NCBI GenBank assembly: GCA_031549605.1
Contig: JAVBPM010000051.1
Span: forward strand, 1-57,068
DNA from: Oscillospiraceae bacterium
GTDB taxonomy: Bacteria; Bacillota; Clostridia; Oscillospirales; UBA929
DNA: 57,068 bases
Direction: 5' to 3'
Positions 28,227 to 36,706 of this stretch are shown here, in pieces (position 1 is the stretch's first letter; each line of letters begins with the position of its first letter). The notes beneath the pieces were generated by a model. That model saw only the letters and a list, made by a program, of their open reading frames with translations, ran no database searches and had not been told where the DNA came from. A program made the translations under genes and the position numbers.

Positions 28227-31112
28227 TTACAGCAGTTTCATGGCTCGCATCATGTTATACATGGTCTGGAAGCCCATCATGCGGTTGAATGTCTTGTTAT
28301 ATTCGAACTCGTTGCGGACAGTGGGTGTCATGACCTTAATGCTCATCACGTAGGCGATGGAGGTTTTGGACCAGCTGGAAAACTTGCCGACGTCGAGGGT
28401 TTTTACGGCCGGAGCATTTGATGTGTTAAGTTTGAAGTAATTCTTGGCCAGATTGGTCAGCATGACGGCGGCTTCTTCGCGCGTGATGAGGCCATAGGGA
28501 TTAATGCGATTACTGCTGACGCCGTTGACAATTGAGAAGGCGTTGCACAGCAGGATGGCAGGGTGCGCGCTATCGACAAACTTGGTGGCGTCCAGCTTCT
28601 TGCCGTATTGGGCGGCCAGCTGCTTGATGCCCAGCTTACTGTGCTTTTGCATCAACTCGGAAATGAGAATGGCAAACTCGAGTCGAGTAATGCCTGCGCT
28701 GTAGTTGCGCTGCATGAAATTGGGAAGCATCTTCTTGTTCAGCAGTGTGTTGATGGCATTGTGCGACCAAGTGGCTGCCGAGCTAATCGGCTCTTTATAG
28801 CTCTTGGCAGTGACTGCTTTAAGCGCTGTGTAGTAGTCGTCGTTGTCCGAGCCGAGCCAGTAATACGATACGCCGGCCATACCCGTGTCTTTTGCAAATT
28901 GCATACGGTTGGAGAAACTCGAGACCGTTTCATAACGGATACGGTTCTTTGTGCCGTCGCTGGCAGTATAGTCGGCATAGGGCGCGTCCTCGCCGGCGCC
29001 GTTTGTCACGCCGTAGCTGACCGTTTTGCCCTTCAGCAGGTTGACACGTTCTGCCGAGGTCATGCTCCAGCCATAGTTGCCCTTGCCGATGGAGCTGAGG
29101 TTGTAGTTAACGGCATAGGAGCCTGTGCCGAACAGGATTTTCTCTCGTGGGATAAAGTAGAAGGCATAGTTTTCGTTCCGCGTCGAGTTCAGCAAGAAGG
29201 ACATACCGTATTCCTTGCCGTCCTTTTTGAACGTGCCTTCGTTGTGGTTGTCGTAGTGGATCATGTGAACATAGTCGGCATATTTGCCGATGGTGGTAAA
29301 ATCCTGTGCCAATGAGGGGTCGTCCGAGTGCTGTTCGCCGGTAGTGACCATAAGGATTAAGTTTTTGGCGTGCAAGGCATTGGCCAGTTTAATGATAAAA
29401 CGGTTGTAGTTGGCGCGTGTCAGCTTTGGAAGCTTCAGACCGAGAAATTCACTCAGGTTTACGCCGCCATAGTTATGCGCACTGATGATTTTCATGATGT
29501 CCTGAACAAAAATGTCGGTCTTGGCAGCGTCGTTCAGAATACTTGTGACAAAGCTTGTAGAAGCCTCACCATACGACGAAAGCGACAACAGAGGGACAAC
29601 GCCGTTTTTGTTGCAAGCCTCGATTGCATCGCGTATGGGTTGATTGTAATGGAAAGAGAGAACGCTGATAAAGAGGCTGGTCTTTTCGTCGACGGTAATC
29701 TGGCTCGGATTGTAGCGGTCGGCCTTCGGGAGAACCGAGTCAATCATAAAGGTGACGAAATCCAGAGAGGCGGCACGTTTTTCGATCAGACGCTGGCCGT
29801 TGTCGACATCCGTGTGAATGTAGTAGGTGTGGTTGAGAAGTTTGTCGCTCGACAACCGTTTTGTCAGGGGCGCAGGAGAAAGGGGTCGCTTCTCGGACAG
29901 GTATCGAGAGAGGAAGGGTTGCACTTGACCGCGCGTGTAGCCGGCGGTTGGCGAGACGTTAAGTCTGCCGTCCATGCTGAAGATTCCCTGTTCTACCGCC
30001 AGAGACATCATGAGTTGGACGCTGGGCGAATAGCTTCTGGCATCGCTAAACTGATAGGAGTTGACAGCGTTGAAATCGTACATGCCGCGCATCTTCGTGT
30101 AGACCTCTGCGATAAAGGCGCGGGTGGCCGGCGCTTTCCAGGAAGGAACGCTGGTGTAATAGTTGCGCTGCTTGGCCAGTGTAATGTACGGAACGGCGTA
30201 AGCGGCAGGCAGTGCGCCGGCGCTGTCCTTAATGTTGACGGCGGCGGTGGAGGTCGCGAAGCTGCAGTGGTGGAACATCAGCGCGATGAAGTCTTGGTAG
30301 GAACAGGCCGCTCCGGTGTTATAGGTAATATCCAGCTCGTTAGCGGGCAGCTTGGCCATTAAATCGCGAGCTGCTTTGCCAATGTTGCCGTTTGGATCGA
30401 GTGAAATGCACTTTTGGTAGGCGAGACGCGCTTGGTAGTACATCTTGTTGCTGCTGTGCTGGTAAGTGAGACCAAGCGACCGATGAACGTCGGCTGCGTA
30501 CACAGCCAGTGTACCTTTGCCGACAATGGCGCCGGCATTGAAGTTGCAAATAAACAGGGCAGCAGCAAGGTCAGGTTTTCCGTAATAGGTGTAAAACTTC
30601 GACTTGGCATACAAGGCGATGTTGCCATTCTTAAACTGGCCGGCCAGCTTGACGAGTTGGACGCCGGTGATGGTGCCGCCCATGCTGGACACGGCCCCGA
30701 ACACCGACTTGCCGACGCCGTTGTTGACGTCATTGATAATTTCCGTGATAAGGGATTTTTCTTTGGCTACAGTGGTGGTGTTAAAGGACTTGTATCCGGA
30801 AATTTTCATGGCGAACTGGAGCGCAAAGTCCTTCGAGGCGTTGCCCGCAAACGACGGGATGCTGGCGGGCAAAAAACCTGAAGCTTTGGCGTACCCGACA
30901 GCGGCGGCGTAGGCGGCCGACGGTGCGCGTCCGGCGGCGTCGGTGACTTTGGTTGAGGCGCCGGTGCTGAAATTGTAGCCGAATTGTTCCAGCAGGATAC
31001 CAATCGTTTGCTCAACCGTTGCGTTGGTGGCTGTAGCCGGGAACGCTGCCTGTGTGGGCAGGAAGGCGGTCAACAGCGTGGCAACTAACAATAGGGACAG
31101 GCACTTTTTCAT
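28227..31112 (-). CDS. Secreted S-layer homology (SLH) protein with a GH18-like barrel and a TPR-like segment
   Basis: Signal peptide; GH18-like ADYVHM.HYD, IPREKILFG..SY, YET..S...R...AK..G.AGV..YWLG; C-terminal ITRLEFA, GVS.N..NP...ITREEAAVML SLH motifs. Confidence 0.75.
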   Translation of the reverse strand: MKKCLSLLLVATLLTAFLPTQAAFPATATNATVEQTIGILLEQFGYNFSTGASTKVTDAAGRAPSAAYAAAVGYAKASGFLPASIPSFAGNASKDFALQFAMKISGYKSFNTTTVAKEKSLITEIINDVNNGVGKSVFGAVSSMGGTITGVQLVKLAGQFKNGNIALYAKSKFYTYYGKPDLAAALFICNFNAGAIVGKGTLAVYAADVHRSLGLTYQHSSNKMYYQARLAYQKCISLDPNGNIGKAARDLMAKLPANELDITYNTGAACSYQDFIALMFHHCSFATSTAAVNIKDSAGALPAAYAVPYITLAKQRNYYTSVPSWKAPATRAFIAEVYTKMRGMYDFNAVNSYQFSDARSYSPSVQLMMSLAVEQGIFSMDGRLNVSPTAGYTRGQVQPFLSRYLSEKRPLSPAPLTKRLSSDKLLNHTYYIHTDVDNGQRLIEKRAASLDFVTFMIDSVLPKADRYNPSQITVDEKTSLFISVLSFHYNQPIRDAIEACNKNGVVPLLSLSSYGEASTSFVTSILNDAAKTDIFVQDIMKIISAHNYGGVNLSEFLGLKLPKLTRANYNRFIIKLANALHAKNLILMVTTGEQHSDDPSLAQDFTTIGKYADYVHMIHYDNHNEGTFKKDGKEYGMSFLLNSTRNENYAFYFIPREKILFGTGSYAVNYNLSSIGKGNYGWSMTSAERVNLLKGKTVSYGVTNGAGEDAPYADYTASDGTKNRIRYETVSSFSNRMQFAKDTGMAGVSYYWLGSDNDDYYTALKAVTAKSYKEPISSAATWSHNAINTLLNKKMLPNFMQRNYSAGITRLEFAILISELMQKHSKLGIKQLAAQYGKKLDATKFVDSAHPAILLCNAFSIVNGVSSNRINPYGLITREEAAVMLTNLAKNYFKLNTSNAPAVKTLDVGKFSSWSKTSIAYVMSIKVMTPTVRNEFEYNKTFNRMMGFQTMYNMMRAMKLL

Positions 31113-31243
31113 GTTATATCCTCCGTTAAGTAAATGTACTGGCTTGCATTTTGTGTAGTTGTATATGTTGCAAAAAAAATATCGCCACCACTTTGGACGA
31201 GTTATATGGGCATATGTTCCAAGGAAATGGTATCACAGGCGAG

Positions 31244-31276
31244 ACAATGGCATGGCCTTTTGGGTCATGCCATTGT
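31244..31276 (-). terminator. Hairpin downstream of rubredoxin
   Basis: ACAATGGCATGGCC / GGTCATGCCATTGT; weak U-tract. Confidence 0.5.
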
Positions 31277-31288
31277 ACGTGCTGCTAA

Positions 31289-31438
31289 TTAGTCAAACAT
31301 ATCCTTGCCGGCGCCGCACAGCGGGCAGACAAAATCTTCGGGCAGATCCTCCCATTTGGTGCCCGGCGCAATGCCGGCATCGGGGTAGCCCTCGGCCTCG
31401 TCGTAGACAAAGCCGCAGACGGAACAGGTTTTAGTCAT
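31289..31438 (-). CDS. Rubredoxin
   Basis: [13 protein letters not shown]...GI.PGT.WEDLP.DF.CPLCG..K..F; RBS GGAGG. Confidence 0.95.
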   Translation of the reverse strand: MTKTCSVCGFVYDEAEGYPDAGIAPGTKWEDLPEDFVCPLCGAGKDMFD

Positions 31439-31688
31439 TTGATTTCCTCCTTTTTCGCGCAGTTGCACCTTACGGTACATAATTAAATCTACCATAATAT
31501 TGGCTTGCTGTAAAGTGTTTGCGGGGCAGACATCGGATTTATCATTGCAGCGCGTCAGCCTTTGACAAAACGCGGCCGGTCGGCGGGCATAGAGTGGAGC
31601 GTAGGAAAAACTTACCGACCCGGCGGCCACATGAAAAGCGCGCGCCGCGCCGATACTACGCAAACAGCACCACACGGAGGTCGATGAT

Positions 31689-31853
31689 ATGCCCGATTAC
31701 CAGATGATGTATCATATGCTGTTCAATCACATTACCGATACTATAGAGTCGCTGCAAATGATTCAACGGCAAACCGAGACGCTGTACATGAATAGTCCCG
31801 ATCCGGAGCTGACGTTGCTGCCGGCCGACGGCGAGGGGTACGAACAAAGCTGA
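31689..31853 (+). CDS. Small hypothetical protein (54 aa)
   Basis: GGAGGT RBS; [36 protein letters not shown]...; below the ORF-track cutoff; ends in a terminator. Confidence 0.7.
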   Translation: MPDYQMMYHMLFNHITDTIESLQMIQRQTETLYMNSPDPELTLLPADGEGYEQS

Positions 31854-31874
31854 CGCATGAAGCGTCAGCTTTTT
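31845..31874 (+). repeat. 30-bp direct repeat copy 1 (terminator hairpin)
   Basis: CAAAGCTGACGCATGAAGCGTCAGCTTTTT, identical to 32125-32154. Confidence 0.9.
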
Positions 31875-32124
31875 CAGGCTGTCAAAAAAGCGCGCACCGT
31901 AAAACCAGTGTCAGAAAAGAGAGGCGGCGGCGACGTAAGGCGGCGCTTTGATTCTCGGCTAATGCTTTGCGGCGCATCGACAAGGTCGCTGCGCTTCAAT
32001 GGTTTTACTTGCTGCAGAAACGCTGTCCTAGCGTACCATCGTACGCCGACGGACAGCGTTTCTTTGCCTGCGCACTTTGTTGTCAGTCTGTAGCGTGCCG
32101 GAAAACAAGTTATCGGACACGCTG
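31875..32124. mobile_element. MITE-like non-autonomous element
   Basis: Imperfect inverted repeats at 31875-31895 and 32070-32090 (17/21 match), an internal hairpin, and a flanking 30-bp direct repeat. Confidence 0.6.
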
Positions 32125-32154
32125 CAAAGCTGACGCATGAAGCGTCAGCTTTTT
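32125..32154 (+). repeat. 30-bp direct repeat copy 2 (terminator hairpin)
   Basis: Identical to 31845-31874. Confidence 0.9.
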
Positions 32155-32160
32155 GGTAGG

Positions 32161-33063
32161 TTAGGGCCAGAGCGGTGACGGGTACTCGCCGGCGGCGGTG
32201 AGACGATCCAGCTGCGCGACCACGTTGTCGCGGTCCTCGCGGTAGGTAAAGCCGTACCAGTGGCTGTCGGTGGGCAGCACCTTCATCTCAATTTCGCGGC
32301 TGTGAATCAGTTCGTCGATGGCGCTGGGCAGGTAGTACTCCACCTTTTCGCGGTCCTCGTCGTGGCGGTTTAGAAAGGCCGAGAACTGGCGCTCGATGAG
32401 CGGCAGGATGCCGGCATCAAAGCCAAACATGGTGCAGGACACCAGCGTATCGTTGGGCAGGTCGATGTTTTCCTCCAAATCGTGCAGCTGGCCGTTGACC
32501 ATCTGCAGCTTGGTGCGCTCGGTCAGCGACAGCAGCGTGTTGTGCTCGTTGACGTCGCAGCAGGCGCGCGAGACGGAGCCAAACGAGGTCATGGTGTTTT
32601 CGGCGCGGAAGCCGACCATGCAGCAGTCGAGCGGCGGCGGTTGACGCAGCGCCGATAGATAGCCGCTGATGGTGGAAAAGGCGCCGCGTCCGTAAAAATC
32701 GTCGGCGGTAATTACGCAGAAGGGTTCGTTGACCTTGCCCAGACAGCTCATAACGGCGTGTCCGGTGCCCCACGGTTTGACGCGGTTTTCGGGCAACGAG
32801 AAGCCCTGCGGCAGGTTGTCCAGCTTCTGAAAGGCGTAGTCGACGTCAATGACTTTGGCGATTTTGTCGCCCACAACGGCGCGGAAGTCGGCGTACATCT
32901 CCTCTTTAATAATAAAGACGACGCGGCCAAAGCCGCATTGCATTGCGTCGTAGATGGCGTATTCCATTAAAATTTCGCCGGCGCGGCCGACCGGCTCAAT
33001 CTGTTTCATGCCGCCGAAGCGGCTGCCCATACCGGCCGCCATGATGACTAATGTCGGTTTCAT
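32161..33063 (-). CDS. Sugar-phosphate nucleotidyltransferase family protein
   Basis: LVIMAAGMGSRFGG.KQI, KPWGTGHAV, ADDFYG, W.G.TY.ED. Confidence 0.88.
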   Translation of the reverse strand: MKPTLVIMAAGMGSRFGGMKQIEPVGRAGEILMEYAIYDAMQCGFGRVVFIIKEEMYADFRAVVGDKIAKVIDVDYAFQKLDNLPQGFSLPENRVKPWGTGHAVMSCLGKVNEPFCVITADDFYGRGAFSTISGYLSALRQPPPLDCCMVGFRAENTMTSFGSVSRACCDVNEHNTLLSLTERTKLQMVNGQLHDLEENIDLPNDTLVSCTMFGFDAGILPLIERQFSAFLNRHDEDREKVEYYLPSAIDELIHSREIEMKVLPTDSHWYGFTYREDRDNVVAQLDRLTAAGEYPSPLWP

Positions 33064-33191
33064 GTCCTCACCTCAGCAAAACTATATCAGAGTGTGCGGC
33101 ATTTGTAAATCATTACCTGCTCGGGTCGACAAAATGCGCGCACCCACGGTCGCAGACGGGTCTGTTTTGCTTGCCGGCCGACACAAAGGGC

Positions 33192-33220
33192 TTGACTTTG
33201 GGTGGCTTCTTTGGTATGCT
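33192..33220 (+). promoter_or_regulatory. Sigma-A promoter of the M23 peptidase gene
   Basis: TTGACT-17 bp-TATGCT with extended TG. Confidence 0.6.
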
Positions 33221-33229
33221 CTGATGGGT

Positions 33230-33246
33230 TGTAACCGTTTTGTAAC
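33230..33246 (+). promoter_or_regulatory. WalR-type response regulator box
   Basis: TGTAAC-CGTTT-TGTAAC matches TGTWAH-N5-TGTWAH upstream of a cell wall hydrolase. Confidence 0.65.
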
Positions 33247-33297
33247 CATTTGGCTTTTTGTGCCATTCTACTATAGTGCGAAAGGGGGGGTGTCGGC

Positions 33298-34956
33298 GTG
33301 CGACAGATTGCGATAGATCGGGACGGGACAGCGGTTTCGGGCGACCAGTCGTATGGCGGACATGCTCCCAAGGATGTCAAACGGCTGCGCAGCCATCGTC
33401 GCACGGTGGCCAAGCGTGCGCTGCGGCAGAGCTCGGCGGTGCGAGCGGCCGAGCGGCAGGAGTCATTGGCCACCACGCTGATGCTGTGGCGGCAGACCAC
33501 GGTGCATCGCTTTAACGTACTGTGGCTCAAGGCAATCAAGACATTGCAACGCTTGCTGCGCGCACTGCTGTTGACACTGCGGCGTCCCTTTGTCTATGTG
33601 CAGCACCGCGTACATATTCGTGAACGCAGGAAAAACAAGCACATGCGTCTCAACGCGTTGATTTTGCTGGTTCTGGCATCGGGTATTACCATGGGTCTCG
33701 GCTTTTTCGACTTTGGTTTGGCCGTTACCTTTAACGGTGAGAAAATTGGCTTTGTGTCTGATGAAATGGTGTTTGAGGATGCGGTCAGCAACGTAAACGA
33801 TCGCATTTCGCGCATGTTGCATGAGCCCTATGTGCTGGCGCCGACGGTCGCCTACAACTACTCGCTGACCGATGTGCGCGATATGTTGACGCAGACGGAG
33901 ATTGAGAACATTCTCTACGCCTCGGTCGACGGGCTGTCCTTTGGCTATGCGCTGACGGTGGACAACGTGCAGATTGGCGTGTGCAGCGAAAAAGGCGTTG
34001 TCGACCGACAGGTTGAGGCGCTGCGGAATGGGCTGGCGCGCCCGGGCGTGACGGTTGACTATGATTCCGATGTCAAGGTCACGGGCACATGGGTCACAAC
34101 CGAATCGATGCTTTCCGAGCAGCAGCTGGCCGAGAAGCTGAGTGCGCCGGTGCGCGAGGCGCTGACGGTCACGATGGCTGAGGGCGATACGCTGCAGTCG
34201 GTTGCGGCGGCCAATGGGTTGGATGATCTAACACTGAAAGCCTATAACCCCAGCTTGGCCGACGCCGATTATACGGCGGGTCAGGTTGTGACCATTAACC
34301 CCGAGCTGCCCGTGGTGTCAATGGCGCAGACCAGCGAGGTGCTGGTGACCGAGGTGGTGCCCTTTACGCGCGAGAGCAAGCAGGACGACACAGTCTATCA
34401 GGGCGATGTGCGTGTTACACAAGAGGGCGTCGACGGCGAGCGCCGGGTGACCTACGCGGTACGCAGCGTTAATGGTTTTGAGCAGTCGCGCACCGAGCTT
34501 GATGTGGTCACGACTCTGGCGGCAGTTCCCGAGATAACCAGTATTGGTACCAAAAAGCGGCCGCCGACCGAGCCGACCGGCACGTATATCCGTTCCTACA
34601 ACGGCGTATTGACCTCCAACTACGGCTGGCGCCGCCTGTTTGGCCGTGCCAACCTGCATACCGGCGTTGACTTTGCCGGCCCGTACGGCTCGCCCATTGT
34701 CGCCAGCGACGGTGGTACCGTTGTCTTCGCCGGGTGGAAGGGCACCTACGGTTATTGCGTGATTATCGACCATGGCGGCGGACTTGAGACGCTGTACGCG
34801 CACAACAGCTCCATTATCGTGCGCGTCGGTCAGAAGGTGGCGCAGGGTCAGCAGATTGCCAAGATGGGCTCAACGGGTAAATCAACAGGCAACCACAGTC
34901 ACCTGGAGTTCCGCGAAAACGGCAGGCCGGTTAACCCCTGGAAGTACTTGAAATAG
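33298..34956 (+). CDS. Membrane-anchored M23 peptidoglycan endopeptidase with LysM and G5 domains
   Basis: TM helix, GDTL.S.A LysM, V.QEG.DG G5, H.GVD, TLYAH, STG.H.H.E; start position uncertain. Confidence 0.9.
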   Translation: MRQIAIDRDGTAVSGDQSYGGHAPKDVKRLRSHRRTVAKRALRQSSAVRAAERQESLATTLMLWRQTTVHRFNVLWLKAIKTLQRLLRALLLTLRRPFVYVQHRVHIRERRKNKHMRLNALILLVLASGITMGLGFFDFGLAVTFNGEKIGFVSDEMVFEDAVSNVNDRISRMLHEPYVLAPTVAYNYSLTDVRDMLTQTEIENILYASVDGLSFGYALTVDNVQIGVCSEKGVVDRQVEALRNGLARPGVTVDYDSDVKVTGTWVTTESMLSEQQLAEKLSAPVREALTVTMAEGDTLQSVAAANGLDDLTLKAYNPSLADADYTAGQVVTINPELPVVSMAQTSEVLVTEVVPFTRESKQDDTVYQGDVRVTQEGVDGERRVTYAVRSVNGFEQSRTELDVVTTLAAVPEITSIGTKKRPPTEPTGTYIRSYNGVLTSNYGWRRLFGRANLHTGVDFAGPYGSPIVASDGGTVVFAGWKGTYGYCVIIDHGGGLETLYAHNSSIIVRVGQKVAQGQQIAKMGSTGKSTGNHSHLEFRENGRPVNPWKYLK

Positions 34957-34967
34957 CTATCATTTTG

Positions 34968-35009
34968 GAACACCGGTGATTGACCCTCGGGCGATTACCG
35001 GTGTTCTTT
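34968..35009 (+). terminator. Intrinsic terminator
   Basis: GAACACCGGTGAT / ATTACCGGTGTTC followed by TTT. Confidence 0.75.
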
Positions 35010-35010
35010 A

Positions 35011-35208
35011 GTGCGAATGAAATTCATTGCTCGATTGTGCAGAGGTGCAGCACAAAAGATGAGAATGAGAGAGCTCTTTGTTGCTGACATCAAGGAAATT
35101 AACAAGGAATCCGAAAACGGCGAAATAGAGGTATACTATGTGCATCATCCCAAACTGCGAGGGAAAGATGCCGTGCGTAGATTTGTTGAGAGCTGTAAGT
35201 TAGCGTAA
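35011..35208 (+). pseudogene. Possible gene remnant resembling a LysR C-terminus
   Basis: AT-rich; IARL....ELF...I.....EVYYVHH......AVRRFVE resembles the end of a LysR effector domain; no RBS. Confidence 0.3.
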
Positions 35209-35360
35209 TTACTTAAAGAAACTGTATAAAGCGTGACTGTTGTTGACAGGTCAATCGGTCAATGACAAACAGTGTGAAGTCTGCTACGGAATAACATGAA
35301 ACGCCGCCCAATGTGCTCTTGCACGTCAGGTGGCGTTTTTTCGATAGGGCATAGACCGTG

Positions 35361-36704
35361 CTACTTGCCGACGCAGAAGCGGCTGAAGATGGTGTCTACA
35401 ATGCTGGCCGATACGCTACGGCCGGTGAGTTGGCCCAAGGCGTCGAGTGCGGCCTCCAGCTCACAGACGACAACGTCGGGGGTGAGGCGGACCAATGCCC
35501 GTCGCGCGTTGGTTACGGCGCTCAGTGCGCGGCCGATGGCGTCGGCCTGCCGCGCGTTGGTGATGAGGCTGCCGTCGGCGGGCAGGTCGTTTTTTGCCAC
35601 GAGCGCTACCATGGCGGCGGTCAACTCGCCAAGCCCGCTGCCGGTCAGTGTTGATACAGATATGTGTGGCGTCGGCAGCGTCGACTGCTGCGGTAGGTCG
35701 GCCTTGTTGCATACGATGATGCTGTTGTCGCCGGCCAGTGACAGCACCTGATGATCCTCGTCGGTCAGTGGTTGCGCGCTGTCGAGCACGATGAGCTTGA
35801 GTGCGGCCTGTTGGGCTGCCGCACGGCTGCGCTGGATGCCCTCACTTTCTATATCGTCGGCGCTGTCATGCAGGCCGGCGGTGTCGGTTAGGGTAAACAG
35901 CTTGCCGTCCAGCCGCAGCGCTTCGCTGACGGTGTCGCGCGTTGTGCCGGCGCGCGCCGAGACGATGGCGCGGTCGTAGCCTAGCAGCGCGTTGAGCAGG
36001 CTGGATTTGCCGACGTTGGGCTTGCCGAGTATGGCAACGGGAATGCCCTCGCGCAGCAGGCGACCCTGTGTTCGGGTGGCGGCCAGCGTTTGCAGCTCGT
36101 CCTCGGCCTCGCATAGCGCGGCGGCCAGCGCTGGGTTGTCGAGGTCGGAAATGTCGTCATCGGGGTAGTCTATACAGGCGTAAAAATGGGCGCAGGTGTC
36201 GGTCAGCAGCTGCCAGACGGCGTTTAGTTCGCGTTGCAGCCGGCCTTGCAGCTGCGCGGCGGCGTTGTGCAGCGCGGCGGCGCTGGGCGCCGTGATGAGG
36301 TCGATAACGGCCTCGGCCTGCGTCAGGTCAAGGCGACCATTTAGAAAGGCGCGGCGCGTGAACTCGCCTGCCTGCGCTAGCCGTACGCCACGGCTGAACA
36401 GCAGCGACAGCAACGTGTCGACCAGTACGGGCGAGCCGTGACAGTGCAGCTCGACCGTCTCCTCGCCGGTGTAGCTGTGGCCGGCGCGCATGACCACGGC
36501 CATGGCGTCGTCAAGCAGCTCTCGGTCGGCATCGTACAGCCGGCCGCGCGACAGCAGTCGGTCGGGCAGCTGGTGCAGTTGTTGCTGCGCCGTGGGCACG
36601 AAAAAAGCGGCGGCGGCGTTGAGGGCGTCTGGCCCGCTGATACGGACGACGGCAATGCCGCCCTCACCGGGCGGCGTGGCCAGTGCGGCAATGGTATCGT
36701 GCAC
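35361..36704 (-). CDS. mnmE: tRNA modification GTPase MnmE
   Basis: DTIAALATP.GEGGI..VRISG, SYTGE..VE..CHG, GKPNVGKSS, GTTRD, DTAG, NK.D, F.RFCVGK; GTG start after GGAGG. Confidence 0.97.
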   Translation of the reverse strand: MHDTIAALATPPGEGGIAVVRISGPDALNAAAAFFVPTAQQQLHQLPDRLLSRGRLYDADRELLDDAMAVVMRAGHSYTGEETVELHCHGSPVLVDTLLSLLFSRGVRLAQAGEFTRRAFLNGRLDLTQAEAVIDLITAPSAAALHNAAAQLQGRLQRELNAVWQLLTDTCAHFYACIDYPDDDISDLDNPALAAALCEAEDELQTLAATRTQGRLLREGIPVAILGKPNVGKSSLLNALLGYDRAIVSARAGTTRDTVSEALRLDGKLFTLTDTAGLHDSADDIESEGIQRSRAAAQQAALKLIVLDSAQPLTDEDHQVLSLAGDNSIIVCNKADLPQQSTLPTPHISVSTLTGSGLGELTAAMVALVAKNDLPADGSLITNARQADAIGRALSAVTNARRALVRLTPDVVVCELEAALDALGQLTGRSVSASIVDTIFSRFCVGK

Positions 36705-36706
36705 GC

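Noticed and set aside
31439-31675. Long N-terminal extensions given by the ORF track (rubredoxin; also mnmE, GldG-like, ABC ATPase, NUDIX, rpsJ, tadA, rplF)
   Set aside because: Downstream starts with good SD sequences match family lengths; the extensions overlap neighbouring genes or promoters
31857-32093. 78-aa ORF inside the MITE-like element
   Set aside because: It starts within the terminator loop with no RBS and shows no transposase motifs
31845-32154. Possible CRISPR array (30-bp palindromic repeat)
   Set aside because: Only two copies, a 250-bp interval and no cas genes; the repeat is a terminator hairpin
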